The position numbers and the translations under genes are program-made. Below are positions 11,155 through 24,064 of a stretch of DNA of 33,180 nucleotides, one piece after another (position 1 is the stretch's first letter; each line of letters begins with the position of its first letter). The notes below the pieces were generated by a model, which searched no databases, had not been told where the DNA came from, and saw nothing but the letters and a program-made list of their open reading frames with translations. Source of the DNA: Basidioascus undulatus. Its lineage: Eukaryota. Where the stretch lies: positions 1 to 33,180 of the forward strand of contig JTLS01000086.1 of the NCBI GenBank assembly GCA_000826855.1. The letters are read 5' to 3'.

Positions 11155-12200
11155 TCACGCACTACCACCTTCTCCCAAATCGTTCGCGCCCTCGTTCCCT
11201 TCAGCCCCGTCCGTCGCCTTCGCCTTCCCCGCTTTCTTCCCTTCCCCTACGCTCTCCAGTATGCTCTCCGCCTCCCTCGACACCTCTTCCTCGGCGCCCT
11301 CAAACACTTCTCTCGGCTCCACGCTCTGCTCCTTTGCCCACTGGGCGAGCTCGTCCGCGCTCTTGCTTTCCAGAAGTCCAACCTCCGCCAGCTCATGCAG
11401 GACGAGCTCGCTGGACGGTTCGGATTCGTGCACGCGTTGCAAGTCTGCAGGGCAAGGAGGGTCAGCGTTCCATTAGGCGGCCTGCGGTGACGTACGCGAA
11501 GTTGAAGCACGCACCTTTCTTCGCTTCCTCCAGTTTACCCAGCATCCGCCGCGCCTTGCCTCGGCGGAACAGCGCCTTGGAGTTGCCGGGGTCGTCCATC
11601 TCCGCAGCGTCCGCGTCGCGCTCCGCCGAGTTGAACCTTCAGACCCAGCTTCAGCAGGACGGTTGACGTTAATAGAAAGGAATGAATGATAGAGAATGGG
11701 GATGTACAGCCTCAGTTGCAGACCCGCCTGCGACCTGTTGAGCACGTACACGGGCTCTTGGGGCGCGAGCTTCATGCACGCCGTGTAGAGGATATACGCG
11801 CGCTTGACGTCCCCAGACCTCAGCGCGGCGTTTCCTTCCTCCTTGATATTTACAGCCTTTGCCGCTTGCTACCCACTCCCCACCGTATCAGCCATCCCCT
11901 CCATCCCCAACAACAGAGACGACCACTCACCCTCGCCCACTCCTCCTTCTCCCGCCGCATCATATGTTCCATCGTTTCGCTCGTCCGTTCCCGCTCCTTC
12001 GCGTCCTCCTCCATCATCTTCATCATGGCGCCGAACTTGACCGGGTCCGCCATGAGCTCCTGCGCGACGCGCGACAGGGCAGGGTTGTTCGACATCCGCG
12101 CGCTGACGAGCAGGTCGTCCAGCTGCTCGTTGTCTGTCGGCCGGATGGATGCCGAGTCGTACGGGTCCATCGGCGAGTTCGGCTGGAACTTATTCGGCAT
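11155..12200 (-). CDS. TPR-domain protein (co-chaperone-like TPR1-3)
   Basis: Spliced reading AVNIKEEGNAALRSGDVKRAYILYTACMKLAPQEPVYVLNRSQAGLQL...AERDADAAEMDDPGNSKALFRRGKARRMLGKLEEAKKDLQRV fits three TPR repeats with carboxylate-clamp-like K/N/N/K/R residues. Four exons. Confidence 0.85.
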
Positions 12201-12576
12201 TGTGGAAATGGATGGGGAATATGGAGGATGAAAGGTGGTGATGCACTAGACAAGGCGGAAGATGAGTCGCCGGCTCCTGGGCAAGTTGCCTGGCGGGAAA
12301 CCGTGGACGCGACGCCAACGCGACTTGAAAGCCAAAGAAAGCCCAAGAAAGCCAATCAAAGCCTGTGTCTCGTGTAATTCACTTTTTCTGTAGAATATCG
12401 GAAAGTGCATAAGCAAGCTTCGGCCGCGCTTGCAGTGATAGATAGCTTGAGGCTTTCGCGGTGAGTCAAAGCGTACGCAGCGGGACCAGCAAGTAGAATT
12501 GGCCAAGCGCCCTTGACCCCATCAAGGATACTGAAAGAAACGAAAAAGAGCAACGCTTGAATTTTTCCGCGACTCA

Positions 12577-14085
12577 TCACCAGTTCTGCCTATCACCGAT
12601 CCTGGTGACCTTCACGTCGACCCCAGCAAGCGGCTCACCAGCACCATCCCTCCCGATGCAAAAGCGATAGGCATACTCCGCAAACTCGGTGAGCTTCCAC
12701 TCAGACTACGCCACCGTCTGAAGATCGCGGCAGCTCGCGGCGAACTTGCGAACGATGTCCGTGCGCGCGATGCGCCTCCGCTCCTCGGCGTCCGCTTTGG
12801 CTTGCTCGAATGACGCGACCTGTGCGCGAGCACTGTCGGTTTCCGTGCCAAAGTTTAGCCCGTTCACGAGGGCCGCCGTGGTCGTGGACGACATTTGTGG
12901 GAAGACGGGTGAGGGGACGGAGGCCGTGATCGGGTTGTCGTCGGCGTCGAAAGTGATGCTGAGGTGTCGGAGCTCGGAGAGCAGGCACATTGCGTTCTGG
13001 ACAGCGTCCTGAACATTCAGACCCATGTCAGCTCCCAGTTCGATGGTAAATCAGGGGGTGCGGAGATAGAGAAGCCTACCAAGCTCGGTGAATGGTCTTT
13101 CATGTCGAGCTTGAGCTCAACCAGGTGCGGGACACGCCGGAGAAGCTCCTGGAGCGCGTCGCCATCCCCGCGCGCGAGAGAGACGGGATCGTAACGCAGA
13201 ACACGAGTTTCCGCAAGCGCGGAAGGAGCGACGTGGAGTCTGACCCTGAAGACGAGACGACATGACCTGTTGCGAAAGGTAGTCGTAGCTCGCAAACGCG
13301 TCCGAGGTTAGTTCGAGCCCCTCAAGCTCCGTTGCTCTGGCAAGCACGTCCCGCAGCGCGCGCTCGCATGACTGACCGCGCTCTTCGTCGATTTGCAGCG
13401 CGCCATACTCCAGCGTCAACTTTGTGAGAGTCGGCGCCGTCTGCCTCGCGATCGCGAACATGCTAGCGATCAAGCGGTCGACCGCATCGCCCGGAAAAAA
13501 TGTGAAGAGGATGCAGCGAAGGGTGAGGTCGGAGAGACCAGTGGTGAGCGCGAAAGACGGAGGCAGAGCGTCGGAGAGGACGAAGCTCGCGGTTCGCAAG
13601 TTGGGCGATCGAGCCAGAGCGCGTCTGATTGCCCAAGAGTGGGGGGTGCGTACGGACACGCCCGAAACGGACGAAGATCTGTTCGAGACAGCGCAGCTGC
13701 TGGATGGTCTCCGCGAGCAACTGGCCGATGGGAAGTTTGAGGACGGAGGGGTCGACGCCCGGAATGGGTTGCGAGTCAACGTGCGAGTGCCCGAAGAAAG
13801 CCTGAGCGGATGATGATGAGGTTCCTGGCAAGGAAGCATCAGCACCCTCAACGGTAACACCCAATTTACGGTACACACAAACAAGTCTCGTGCCCTGGGC
13901 CATGCCCGCAGGCATTCCCTCAGAATGGCCGCGTTCGGGGTACCCTGGATTCGAACGTCATGGGCGCGGAAGACGAGGGGCAGAGCGAAAGCAAGGAAGG
14001 ACGACGAGACGGCGGAGAGGTCTTTGAGGTCTTTGACATCGAGATGTTGCCCAATTTCGTTGAGAAGCTCAGGCGATAAGCGCTA
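12577..14085 (-). pseudogene. F-box plus LRR/RNI-like protein, frameshifted
   Basis: F-box-like LSPELLNEIGQHLDVKDLKDLSAVSSSFLAFALPLVFR (~14080-13960), then LRR-like units (SPNLRTASF, APTLTKLTLEY, ATELEGLEL, LPRLRKL, VPHLVELKL, LSELRHLSI). The frame switches at the G6 run near 13641 and near 13200. In-frame TAG at 12706-12708 is followed by ~40 more protein-like codons to TGA at 12577. No clean start codon found. Confidence 0.7.
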
Positions 14086-16700
14086 GAAGGGCGCCTGCCC
14101 CGATCGGCCCGTGACGGCGACAAGACGCCGTCTGAGTTCTCAGGCTGACGTCGGTCGCCTCATGAATACCCTTGCAGCATCGCTCAGTAACCTCGTGGGC
14201 CTTCCTCTCGGAAATTTATATCGTAGAAGAATGGAAGATACTATATGCAATGTGGTGGCCCACTTGCCGGGCAGTCACTAGTGTGCAGGTACTCTTCCTG
14301 CAGATCAAGTTTTCCATATCTATGTTACTCAAGGATGAGTGACTGTTATGAAGGAATATGAAGTCCAGAGGATGTGGGTTTCAACATGGTTGGTGCGCAT
14401 TGGGAGACTAGGCATCAGTAGACTACCCCGTGCGCAACGAGAACGTCCGCCACAGCCCGCCATTTTGCTTTTCCCAGTGTAGTATGACGACTCCATCGCA
14501 CGAGAGAACACTTATGCATCAGGCACAAAGAAAAGAAAGGATGGTATCAACAAGATGAAGGCGTGAAAAAATGTAGAATGGTGACAGCTTGGGTTCGCAG
14601 CAGCTTTACATTAAACGCTCAGAGCTTGTTCAACGACTGAGAGAATGGCAACAATCTTCTCCCTTTTTCAGCATCCAATAGCAAGAACACCGCGCTTGCC
14701 GAGGGCATCTGCTCTCTTCGAGAGTCCGTCCCACCAAGCCAAGACCGACAGGCGCATTCTCCCATCGAGTGGGGTCGTCGTCTGGAAGAGCAGATGTGTA
14801 AGCTCAGAGCTGTTAACAGGATACGATGGTGCTAACAGAGTGCTTGGTTGGAAGCGTCGTCCTCGTTGAAGGGCATAAAAGAGCTGTTGACAGCGTCACT
14901 CGATGGTGCTGTTTACCCGCATCACCGGGATGATTCCTGTCAGGACAGGACAAAGAAGCAATGTCACTTTGGGAATTTAGGCGAATGGGCTCTCTAAGAT
15001 AGAAGTGCAAAGTACTACTCTTTATACCACGCATCTACTTGAGTCGAAGAAGGTAGTTGAAGTAAAGCAGGAGACCAAGAGAGGTGGTCAGGCTTTGCTT
15101 GGGCACAAAGCCTCGCTGTCAAGTCTTTATACCGTCAATACAGCCGAGCTGCACCCTTAACCGCTCTGTGAACCCTTAATCATCCTAATTTCTCGGGCTC
15201 GCGCGACTCCCGAGGTGGTCGATACGTCGGGCCGCGTGAGCAAGGAAGACTGCGGCTGTTATCAATCGCAGTATACGATGCACCTCAGGTGTTGGGGAGG
15301 ACGGGGCTGTACTGCGCCACCTCCGAAGGGTGCACCAGCACTGGTTTGACGTAGTTTAGTTCACTGAGTTGAGGTGGAGCGGGCAGCTTCGTTGCTTCAC
15401 ATGCTGAATACTACCAGTGTCAAAACGATGGAGCCGCCTGCCATGGTTATCAGCGCCGCCTCTCCTATTCGGAAGACCCTCCCTATCTTTTCCTTTGCGG
15501 CCAAGGAGCCTGGAGTTGGATTTTGAAACAAGGATTGAGAGAGGTTGTACAGGTGTACGTAATTGCACAGATACGAAGGTGACACCTAAACAGCAAGACT
15601 ATGAGATTGAGTCTCCCATCGCTGAGCCAACCTTCTGATCTGTGAGGATGGATAATCTGATTAGAGTCCCCACAGAATAACAAACAAGATACAAGGGCGA
15701 CTGCGCTCTGCAAAATCTCGTCGCGGCATTGCTAACACCAGCAACGCAGGAGCCTCAGCGTGGGTGTCACGGTGCTCCCCTTTCTAGCATGCAGAGCTTC
15801 GTATTGAGTTGTACGAATGCCCCTACACTCTATGAGACTCTATGAGTCTAAAATTCTCCGCCAACGTGCGACAGACCGAAGGACGTCCAGGTCTGTCGAG
15901 CTGTGAACCCGGAAAAGCGGGAAAAGCGACGTATGCCGTGATAGCCACCGTGTGGACTCATGTATGAAGCATACAAAGTTGCTCCGGGAATGAAGGATTC
16001 AATAATTCGAGCATCGGCATCGTTTTATCTGAGCAAGAGGAAGATGGGAAAAGCAAGTATTCGGATGGGAAGGTCTGCAGCCGAGGCCCAGGCACGTCGG
16101 GCACTGCGCACGGGACTAGGGCCCAAGTATCGCCCTCCTTTGCTCAAAACTCTTTGATTACCTCGGTTAAGAATGGAGTTTGTGTTTGTTATGCTGCTTG
16201 CTGAAGCATGGAAGTGTGCAGGATGGCAGCTCTGGCGGAACTGCCACCTGCATCACTACCTCTTGAGGCAGTGTGCGAAGCCTTCATGATGAATATACAG
16301 TTTTCACCCTATACGCATGCCATTGAGCAGAACGTCTGCACGAAAAAGACAGGAGTGGAGGTGACAAAAAGGCTGCACGCCCGGGCATGGAAGGGAAGGC
16401 CACTGCGCCTTCGCTCTTTTGTTTGGCGCCCCGCGCAGCTCGCCCTTCAACGTCCATCTCGGATCGACAATCCACCCCCTGCGACCGACCTTCACTCTGT
16501 TTTTCTACCTTTATTCGCTTCTGAGCAGCACCAACACCGAAGATCACGCACACAGCTCCCTTCCCGGCCAGCAGCGCTCGGTCCGACCAGCGGGAGCTGC
16601 AGTTGGTTCGAGCTGGGCGAGCCCCTCGAGCTCAGTCATCGCAGCGGCTGCTGCTCAGCCGTAGGGTGCATTAGGGTGTTGGAATCTCCCTGCTTTCGCC

Positions 16701-19700
16701 ATGGACCGCGTTCCGTTTTCGCATATTGTGCGTGGCGTCGCGTCAGGGGGTTCAAATAGGTGCGTAGTTCCGTCCGCTGGGCGTTCGAGGAGACATCCCG
16801 TGTTCACGCTCTTTCCCCGCCCGTGTCCCGCATGTGCCTCTCATTCGCATCTTTGCACCACTCAGATCCGCGCCCGTATCGGATGGACCTCCCAATGCAC
16901 GCTCCCACTCTCCTCCGCCGTCGTCGACATCGGCGACGACGCGCGTGTCGATAGACGACCACCCGCACCAGCCGTCCCCGACGCCTTCTTTCCAGTCTTC
17001 ACCCTCATCAGCGACATTTCCCTCGACACCGTACCCGCATCCACACCACACACACTCACACTCCCACCCTTCCATATACTCCTCCATCTTCGACGACCCG
17101 CGCCGGCCCTTCCACTCCGCCCCGGCACCCACACCGATCCGCTCCTCCGAGCAGCCCGCCCCGCCCAGCCCAAGCATGCTCTACATGCGCTCGAGCCAGC
17201 CGCCCAAGCATTCCGCAAGACAGCAGCAGCTCGTTCCGCCCTTCGCGCCCTCCAAAGCGGAGCGCGCGAGCGCGTTCGTGCGCGCGACGCTGAACAAGGA
17301 GGCAGGACCCGGCACCGGCGCGGCAGGCGCGCTGAGCGCGGTTGCGAGGAGTCCGGATGGGTTCAGGGTCGCTGTGGCCGGCCGGGACAGTGCGTTCTTT
17401 CTCTTTCGCATTGAGCAATAGAGACTGCCCTTCTGATGCTGGGGGCTTCGCCTTGACAGCTCTCAAAGTTCTCCGAATATCCTACCCCGAGCGCCAACAC
17501 TCCACCTCCGGCTCCATCTCGGGTCCGCCCCTCACCTCCTCCGCCTCCACCTCCTCCCGCTCTCGCTCTGCCCGCAAGCGACACGCGTCCGACCCCTGCT
17601 TCCTCGCCTGCGGACCGGGCGGGGCAACGCTCTCGGAGGAGCTGGACGTCTGGCGCGGGTCCAACATCCCGCTCTCGTATGGGTCTCTGGACGTGCGCTG
17701 GGGTCATGCCGGTGCGTGGTCGTGTTTCTTCTGCTGTCCCCGTCACGCCTTGTTCATCTCCCTACACCTGGGACGATCGCGCTCAGGCTTCTCCAACAAG
17801 CTCGCGACCGCGTGCTCGAACGGCGCAATTCTCCTCTGGGACATCGAGAAAGTGGGGAACAAGTGCGAGCGCACAATCTGGGAGCACAACCGGAGCGTGC
17901 ATCGCATCGTCTTCTCCCCGGTCCACGCCAACTACCTCGCCTCCGCTTCTCAGGATGGGAACCTGAAACTCTGGGTGCGTTTCCATCTTCTCCTTCCCTT
18001 CCATTCAAGGTCGTTGCGCTAAACCTGACGTCGCGCGTACGCAACAGGACCTGCGACAGCAGCAGGGCGCTCGGATCATGATCAAGCACGCGGACCCGAT
18101 CCGGGACGTCGTCTTCTGCCCGCTGCCGTCGACGCCGCTGCAAGTGATCACCGCGCTCGAGAGCGGGACGCTCACGCGCTGGGACCTCCGCATGGCCCAG
18201 AAGGGCGTCATGGACCGCCTCGCGATGGCCCACCGCGGGCCGTGCTACGCGCTCGACTGGCGCGCGCCGGACGACGGTATTGGCGATGCGGGAGGGGAGA
18301 GCGGGAAGGGGTGGCTGGCTAGTGGGGGGCTGGACAAGACTGTCAAAGTGCGTGCGCGCTGGCTGGTTTTTTGACGTGGGGCGAGCAGGCTGATACGGAT
18401 GGATGGAATGGGCACACAGATCTGGGACATGACCTCCCCGTCGCTTGGCCCCCGCCCGCAGCACACGATCCACACCACGCACGGCACGCTCCGCCTCGCC
18501 TGGCGCCCCGAGCACGAGTGCGAGCTCGCGACGCTGCCCATCACCGCGGGGATCAGCGCGTCGAGCGAGGCGCAGAGCAAGGCCGGCGGCGGCGCGGCAG
18601 AGGCGATCGAGATCTGGGACGTCCGCCGCGGGTACATTAGCAAGTACGTTTTGGAGGGGGGCGACAACGCGGCCGGGTCTGGTAAGTCCCCCTTGCGCCC
18701 TATCGGAGTTTTGGTTGGGCTGAGCTGATGGAAGTTTGTGGGGTGGGGGTCATAAGGCCTCACATGGCTCTCGCCCGACTCGCTCGTCGCGACGTACCGC
18801 AACTCGAACGTCATCCAGCACGACATTCGGTACCACCAGCTCCCGCTCGAGAGCATCCCGCGCTGCGCGATGAGCTGGGACCCTGCGGGGAACCTCGCGT
18901 TCGCGCTCGATGGCTTCCGCCCGGGCGAGGTGCCGTTCGACGACGTGTCAGTCTCACCTCTCCCTCTCCCCACCCTTATTCTCTTTTCCTTCTCATTTGC
19001 TTGTACATTACTCGATCTAAAATACATTGCCCTCCTTCCCCTCCCCATCTCGTGCCGTGCACTCGCCAGACTGCCGCACGTTAAGGCGCAGCAGGCAAAG
19101 CTCAAGATCAAGCAGAAGTCGCCCGCGGATCCGGCGTTCGTCCCGGCGCAGGTCCTCGCCGTCGATCAGGTCTCGCCCGTCTTTGATACCGAGGCATTCG
19201 CGTTCCTCGCGATGGAGTACGTGGTGGATCCGTCGATGACGGCGGACTTGGGCGAGCTGTGCGGGAGAAACGCATTGGTGCGCTCGTCGCTTGCGGTCCC
19301 GCCGGCTAGAATCGTGGCACTGATGAAGCTGAGTTGACTCCACTTGCAGGCTGCAGAACATGTCGGCCGCTGGAGAACAGCAAAGACGTGGGAGCTCATC
19401 GCGTCCATCCTGGCGCCCTCGCCGTGGGAGGAGCCTGCGCCTCCTGTGCTCGCCCCGCCCTCGCACTCCCAATCCCCTGCCGTACACGCCCTCTCACCCT
19501 CCTCGGTCCCGCCGCTCCCTCTCCTGCCGCCCTCCCTCGCACCCGTCCCTGAAAACGCAGTCCCGACACGCGCAGCGCTCATCTCCTCCGCCGCCTCCTC
19601 CACGAGCCGCCAGCGCTCGCGCTCGCGCTCGAGATCGCCTTACCTCCGCGCCTCGGACATCGCGTCCCGCTCGCCCGGGCGGAGCCTCTTCTCGCCCCCA

Positions 19701-21337
19701 TTCGCACCTCTCACCCGCATGAGACTCGACGAAGATCAGCTCGACCTCTCTGAGGCTGCCGCTGCCGACGCCGCCGCTGCCGCGCCCCGCGCAACCCCCA
19801 CCGCCCCGTCAAGCTTCCCCTCGCACCTCTCCCTCTCTCGCAGCGTCCGCTCGCAGCCTTCCAACAGTCCGCTCGTCAAGCCCGTCGCGCTGCCGGGCAA
19901 GGGCACGCTGGCATCCGTAAAGGACTCAGACGACTCGGACTCGGACCCGAGCGGGGACGAGAACGGTCCCACGGGCGCAAGCGCGGGCACGGGCGCGGTC
20001 GACGAGGAAGATGAGGCGACGCCCGTGCCGCACCCGATGAACGACCTGCAGATCTCGCGTAAGTCGTCGAACGTCACACTTAACAGCGCGACGGCCACCG
20101 CCACCGCTGTTCCGACGCGCACGCAGTCGCTCCATTCGGTCGAGCTGCCCGCCGGAGCGGAGGAGCAGGTCGGCGGAGGGGCTGCAGCCGACGGCGCTGG
20201 TGCCGCTGAGGACGCGCTTGAGGACGCGGCTAATACACGCACGACGCCCGCGAGCCACGAGGCGTGGGAGCTCTATGAGGCGATGCGGGAGGTGAATACG
20301 AAGGCAATCTTGGATGCTTGGGAGTACTATGCGGAGCAGGTGAGTGACCGGTTGATTCGCAGTCGAGCGCTGAGGATTGATGGTCGCTGGGTGTACTGTT
20401 TTTAGGGCGACGTGCAGATGTGCGCGACCATGTTCTTGGCAGTCGGAAACCAGATCCAGTTCGACTTGCTCCAGGCTGAGCGCGTGCTCGACTCCTACCT
20501 CGGTGCGCGGCTTCCCCTAGACCGTCATCGTCTTGCCAACTGTGCATTTGCTGACCGTCATCCTGCAGTCCAACTCGATCGCTTCCAGCTCTGGACCGTC
20601 GCGGCGCATATCCGCAAAGTGTCGGACGTCGAGTCACTAGCGCAACAGAGCCAGGTGAGCAGCACGTCCACCTCGGGGAACCGGGACAGCACTGCTCACT
20701 CGAGCGTATTTCTGCATAGAACGCAACGAGCGTGCTCCTCGCTTGCGGGAACTGCGGCGAGACGATCGAGAACCCTCCGCCGAAGCCTGGCGAGGTGCAC
20801 GGATACTGGTACTGCGACAACTGCAAGGCGTTGTCCGGGCTGTGTGCGATCTGGTGAGTCGCTTGCATCCTATTTCGGGTCTAGGAGGAAGTTCTCACGC
20901 TTAAGCCGTCCTCCGCAGCCACCTTCCCGTTCGAGGACTGCATTTCTGGTGTCAAGGTTGCGGTCATGGCGGCTGTGAGGTACGCGCTCCAGCCTGCATC
21001 ACGCGTCTTCAAGCAACCCTGATGGCCAAATCCACTCATACAGGATTGCTACCTCGCCTACCTTGCCTCCCCGCTCTCCCTGGCGCCCGATCCCCCCCTC
21101 CCTCCACGCGCGCCTTCCCCCGTGCAGTCTTCCTCCGTCTCAGACGGCACCGCCCTGAGTCGCTCGGCACAGTCATCCGTGCCGGCTTCTTCAGTGACCG
21201 GCACAGAAGGCGCGCGCAGCCGTGCCCAGAGCGGCGCGGATGACGAGGCGGCGAGGCCCGTGTTCAGAGTCTGTCCGTCCGGGTGCGGACATCGGTGCAC
21301 CGTCCAGATTCGAGCGAGCTGGATGTCGGCTGATTGA
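16701..21337 (+). CDS. RTC1: SEACAT/GATOR2 subunit Rtc1/Sea2 (WDR24 orthologue): WD40 repeats plus C-terminal zinc-finger/RING
   Basis: WD40 motifs KLATACSNGAILLWD, EHNRSVHRIVFSP..YLASASQDGNLKLWDLR, HADPIRDVVFCP, AHRGPCYALDW, LASGGLDKTVKIWD. Also YYAEQGDVQMCATM and C-terminal CGNC..[35 protein letters not shown]. Exon 1 (16701-16759) splices in frame to 16866. Confidence 0.88.
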
Positions 21338-21488
21338 GGATATATATTGCTTGAGCCGGCAGTGGAACGTCGCGTGCATTCGGTGCCCTAAATAAATGGT
21401 ATCATGCTCAGATGCAATGCGACTACAATAAAACACAAGTGACACGGCCAAGAACGACAAAACAGCAGGAAATGCAACCCATGCAGAA

Positions 21489-23224
21489 TTAGGTAGTCTT
21501 GGGTGAAACGTCTTCGGATATCGGCGCCTCGACATCGCCTCGACGAGCCCTGTTGATAACAGGGGGGGTGAAGACTGTAAGCAAGAAAATTTGGCAAGGC
21601 AGTAGTGATGCAAGTATCGCTTACAGCTCGCGGAGGTGCATGCGCTTCATGAGGAGCGTGAAGATGATCGAGCCACCAGCGAAGCCCGCAGCGGCTTTGT
21701 AGCCGACGTAGTAGTGCGGAGCTTCGCTTGCAGGGTAGATGAAGACTGTAGAGAACGTCAATGTCAGGCATGCCCGGCTGAAAAGTCGTAAACGGAAAGG
21801 GACGTACTGTTGGCGAAAGAGTCAATGGCAAAGACAAGCGTGAGCGTTACCCCAAGAATGAGTGCACGCTGCTCGGCAGAGTTATTACAAATATCCGCCA
21901 TCCATGCCTTGGTGCACAACAGTGTGTGTCAGGGGAAGGATGTAACGAAGGATGAGAGACGGGCACGCACGACGAGAATTGGCCCGGCTGCGTTCGAGAG
22001 CCAAAGCACGAAGTACGCGAACATCTTGAAAACGAAGCTAGAGGGCCAGGCCGACAGAATGATGCAGCCGAACAGCATCGTAGACTGCGATAGGCGTAGA
22101 GATGGTAAACAGTCTGCGAGCAACGTGCAATTGGATCAGTAGACGCACCTGCTGCACGACCACCCAGCGACACCGCTTTTGTGTCCAGTCCGATAACCAG
22201 GAGAAGAAGAGCATGGCGACGATCATGAGAATATAACCTCCAATTCTTATACGAGGGAAGGGTATCAGCTGAGGAACGATAATGTTAGACACACTGAATG
22301 CGCCGGAAGATCGAAAGAGAAGGCATGGGTGGGTGTCGTACAATCCATGTGTTGGAATTTTGAGACCAGGTCCAGGTGCTACGAGCCGCAAGAAAATCAG
22401 TATGGCGAGTTTACAAACGTGTGGCAATATATACTCACGCATACGCTACGGCAAAGATGTAAAGCGGCCAGGTGGTAAAAGTCTTCTTCAGCATGCAAAT
22501 GCTCCAACCCTGCAGTGCACGTAATTCAACAACGCTCTGGTTGCCTGGCGGAGTAGGCGAGAGGCTTACGACGGGGGAAGCGCGTCCAATTCGGTCCATG
22601 CGCTGCCGTGCAATATCACGCTGCACGGGCGTGAGCCATGGTACCCGACAGTCGGCCGGGCTGTCAGGGACCTGTAGGTTGGAGAACGTTGGAGTCGTTA
22701 GCATCGTTGCGCGGCTGTGAGGCCCGTATGTCGCTGCGTACAAAGAGGAATCCCGTAACTGCGACGATCGCAGTCATAATAGCATTGAAGATGAATCTAA
22801 GGATGCGCCCAAGGATCAGCGGGTGCGGTGAGTGAGAAGACCATACGGAAGGCGGGTTACAGCCACCGCCAGCCGGACAGGCCATGTGTGCCATTCATGC
22901 CCTGTTGTCCATTGATCCCGTAAGGCATCGTATCAATAGAAATCTTTGTAGGTGACGTACCTGGTGCAATGCGGCTTGCATGAACGAGACGAAAATGTTT
23001 GCCGCGGGATAAGAGGTGCCGAAGATCGCGACCCGCTTGGCGAGCTCCTGAGGCGTGTACCACGAGTAAAGAACCGTGATGATGCCCGGGTAGGACGACT
23101 GTTCACAAATCGATCAGCTGCGAAGTCGGAAGCAAGATGAGAGAACGCCTCACAGCCTCAGCGACGCCGATGAGGAAGCGCAAGGCATAGATCAGCTTTG
23201 CATTCTTCGCAAGCGCCATGAGTC
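21489..23224 (-). pseudogene. MFS transporter of the anion:cation symporter type (Liz1/Fen2 pantothenate-transporter-like), 5'-truncated
   Basis: GLMALAKNAKLIYALRFLIGVAEASSYPGIITVLYSWYTPQELAKRVAIF, GMNGTHGLSGWRWLFIFNAIMT, VPDSP, AWMADIC..AEQRALILG, YPASEAPHYYVGYK. No N-terminal TM1-2 exons upstream. Possible internal loss near 22260 and a probable +1 in the G7 run at 21562-21568. Confidence 0.75.
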
Positions 23225-23229
23225 CTGTT

Positions 23230-24064
23230 CCATAATGGATCCAGATCCGTAAGGTCCCCAAACCAATCCCCAAGGTCGCTGCAGTCCGATGGGAGGGGAA
23301 GTCTCACCCGTCCTCGAAGATCTGCGTGCACAGCGCTGTCGCGGTGCGGGTGGCGTTGGGAAGGGATGGGATCGATGCGAGCACGCCCGGCTTGGCCTCG
23401 AGGGCCAGGAGAAGGGTCACCCACAGCGAGCCGATGGCGCGGATCATCTGCGTGGGCAACTCGACCTCGCCGACGGCTGCGATGAAGAGGGCAGGGAGGA
23501 TCAGTCATCCCGCAACGAGGCTTAGGGAAAAAGCAAGGATGGACTCACTGATGAATGCCGATCCTTCCCTAACGATGAACAGCGTGAGACCCTCGAGCAC
23601 ATGGAAAGTCGAAGGCTCCGTCTTCTCGCGGCTCGAGACGAGCTTCCCGAGCTTCTCCATCTCGATCTCGAGCAGGTCGGCGATCGGAATACTGCACATA
23701 AGAATGCAATCTGAGCATAAAGCTACTATTTATACTCCCCGTTTGTGAGCGCGTCGGACGCACAGGCAGAAAGTCGTTGTAGCAGAATATGCCGTACGCC
23801 TCCGGGTCACGCTTCTCGACTGCAACGCCGCACCCCTCTTGCCGTTAACAGCCACCGACGACTTTAATTGAGTAAAGGTTTGCCTTCTTTAAGCAAGCGG
23901 TTCGCTTCATCTATGGCCGCCTTAGCCCACAATTCCGTCTCGTGCGCGTTGAGGTAGTCGTATCCTTCGGGCGCGGGCGGAAGCTTGGCCTCGATCGCGC
24001 GGACCTTCTCCTCGTAGGCCTTCTCGGATGGCGTCGGGGACGGCGTGAGCGAAGGGGGAGCCAT
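23230..24064 (-). pseudogene. Fungal hypothetical protein with a KRDP..YNDF motif; apparently frameshifted and 3'-truncated
   Basis: MAPPSLTPSP...ANRLLKE|VEKRDPEAYGIFCYNDFLP|..IADLLEIEMEKLGKLV..VLEGLTLFI|..MIRAIGSLWVTLLLALE..IFEDG. First intron (23820-23883) is GC-AG. Splice phases disagree near 23686 (one extra base). The sequence runs directly into an MFS exon. Confidence 0.55.

Noticed and set aside
5589..12708. Genome-wide TAG reassignment (alternative genetic code)
   Set aside because: Intact genes use TAG as a normal terminator (FAH at 24487, ORF end at 31643) and show no internal TAG; the stops are confined to loci that also have frameshifts.
16208..16759. 183-aa ORF upstream of RTC1
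   Set aside because: Composition is not protein-like and it overlaps the RTC1 promoter/first exon in another frame.
17754..20242. Long minus-strand ORFs (253, 288, 168 aa) within RTC1
   Set aside because: Antisense shadows of GC-rich exons.
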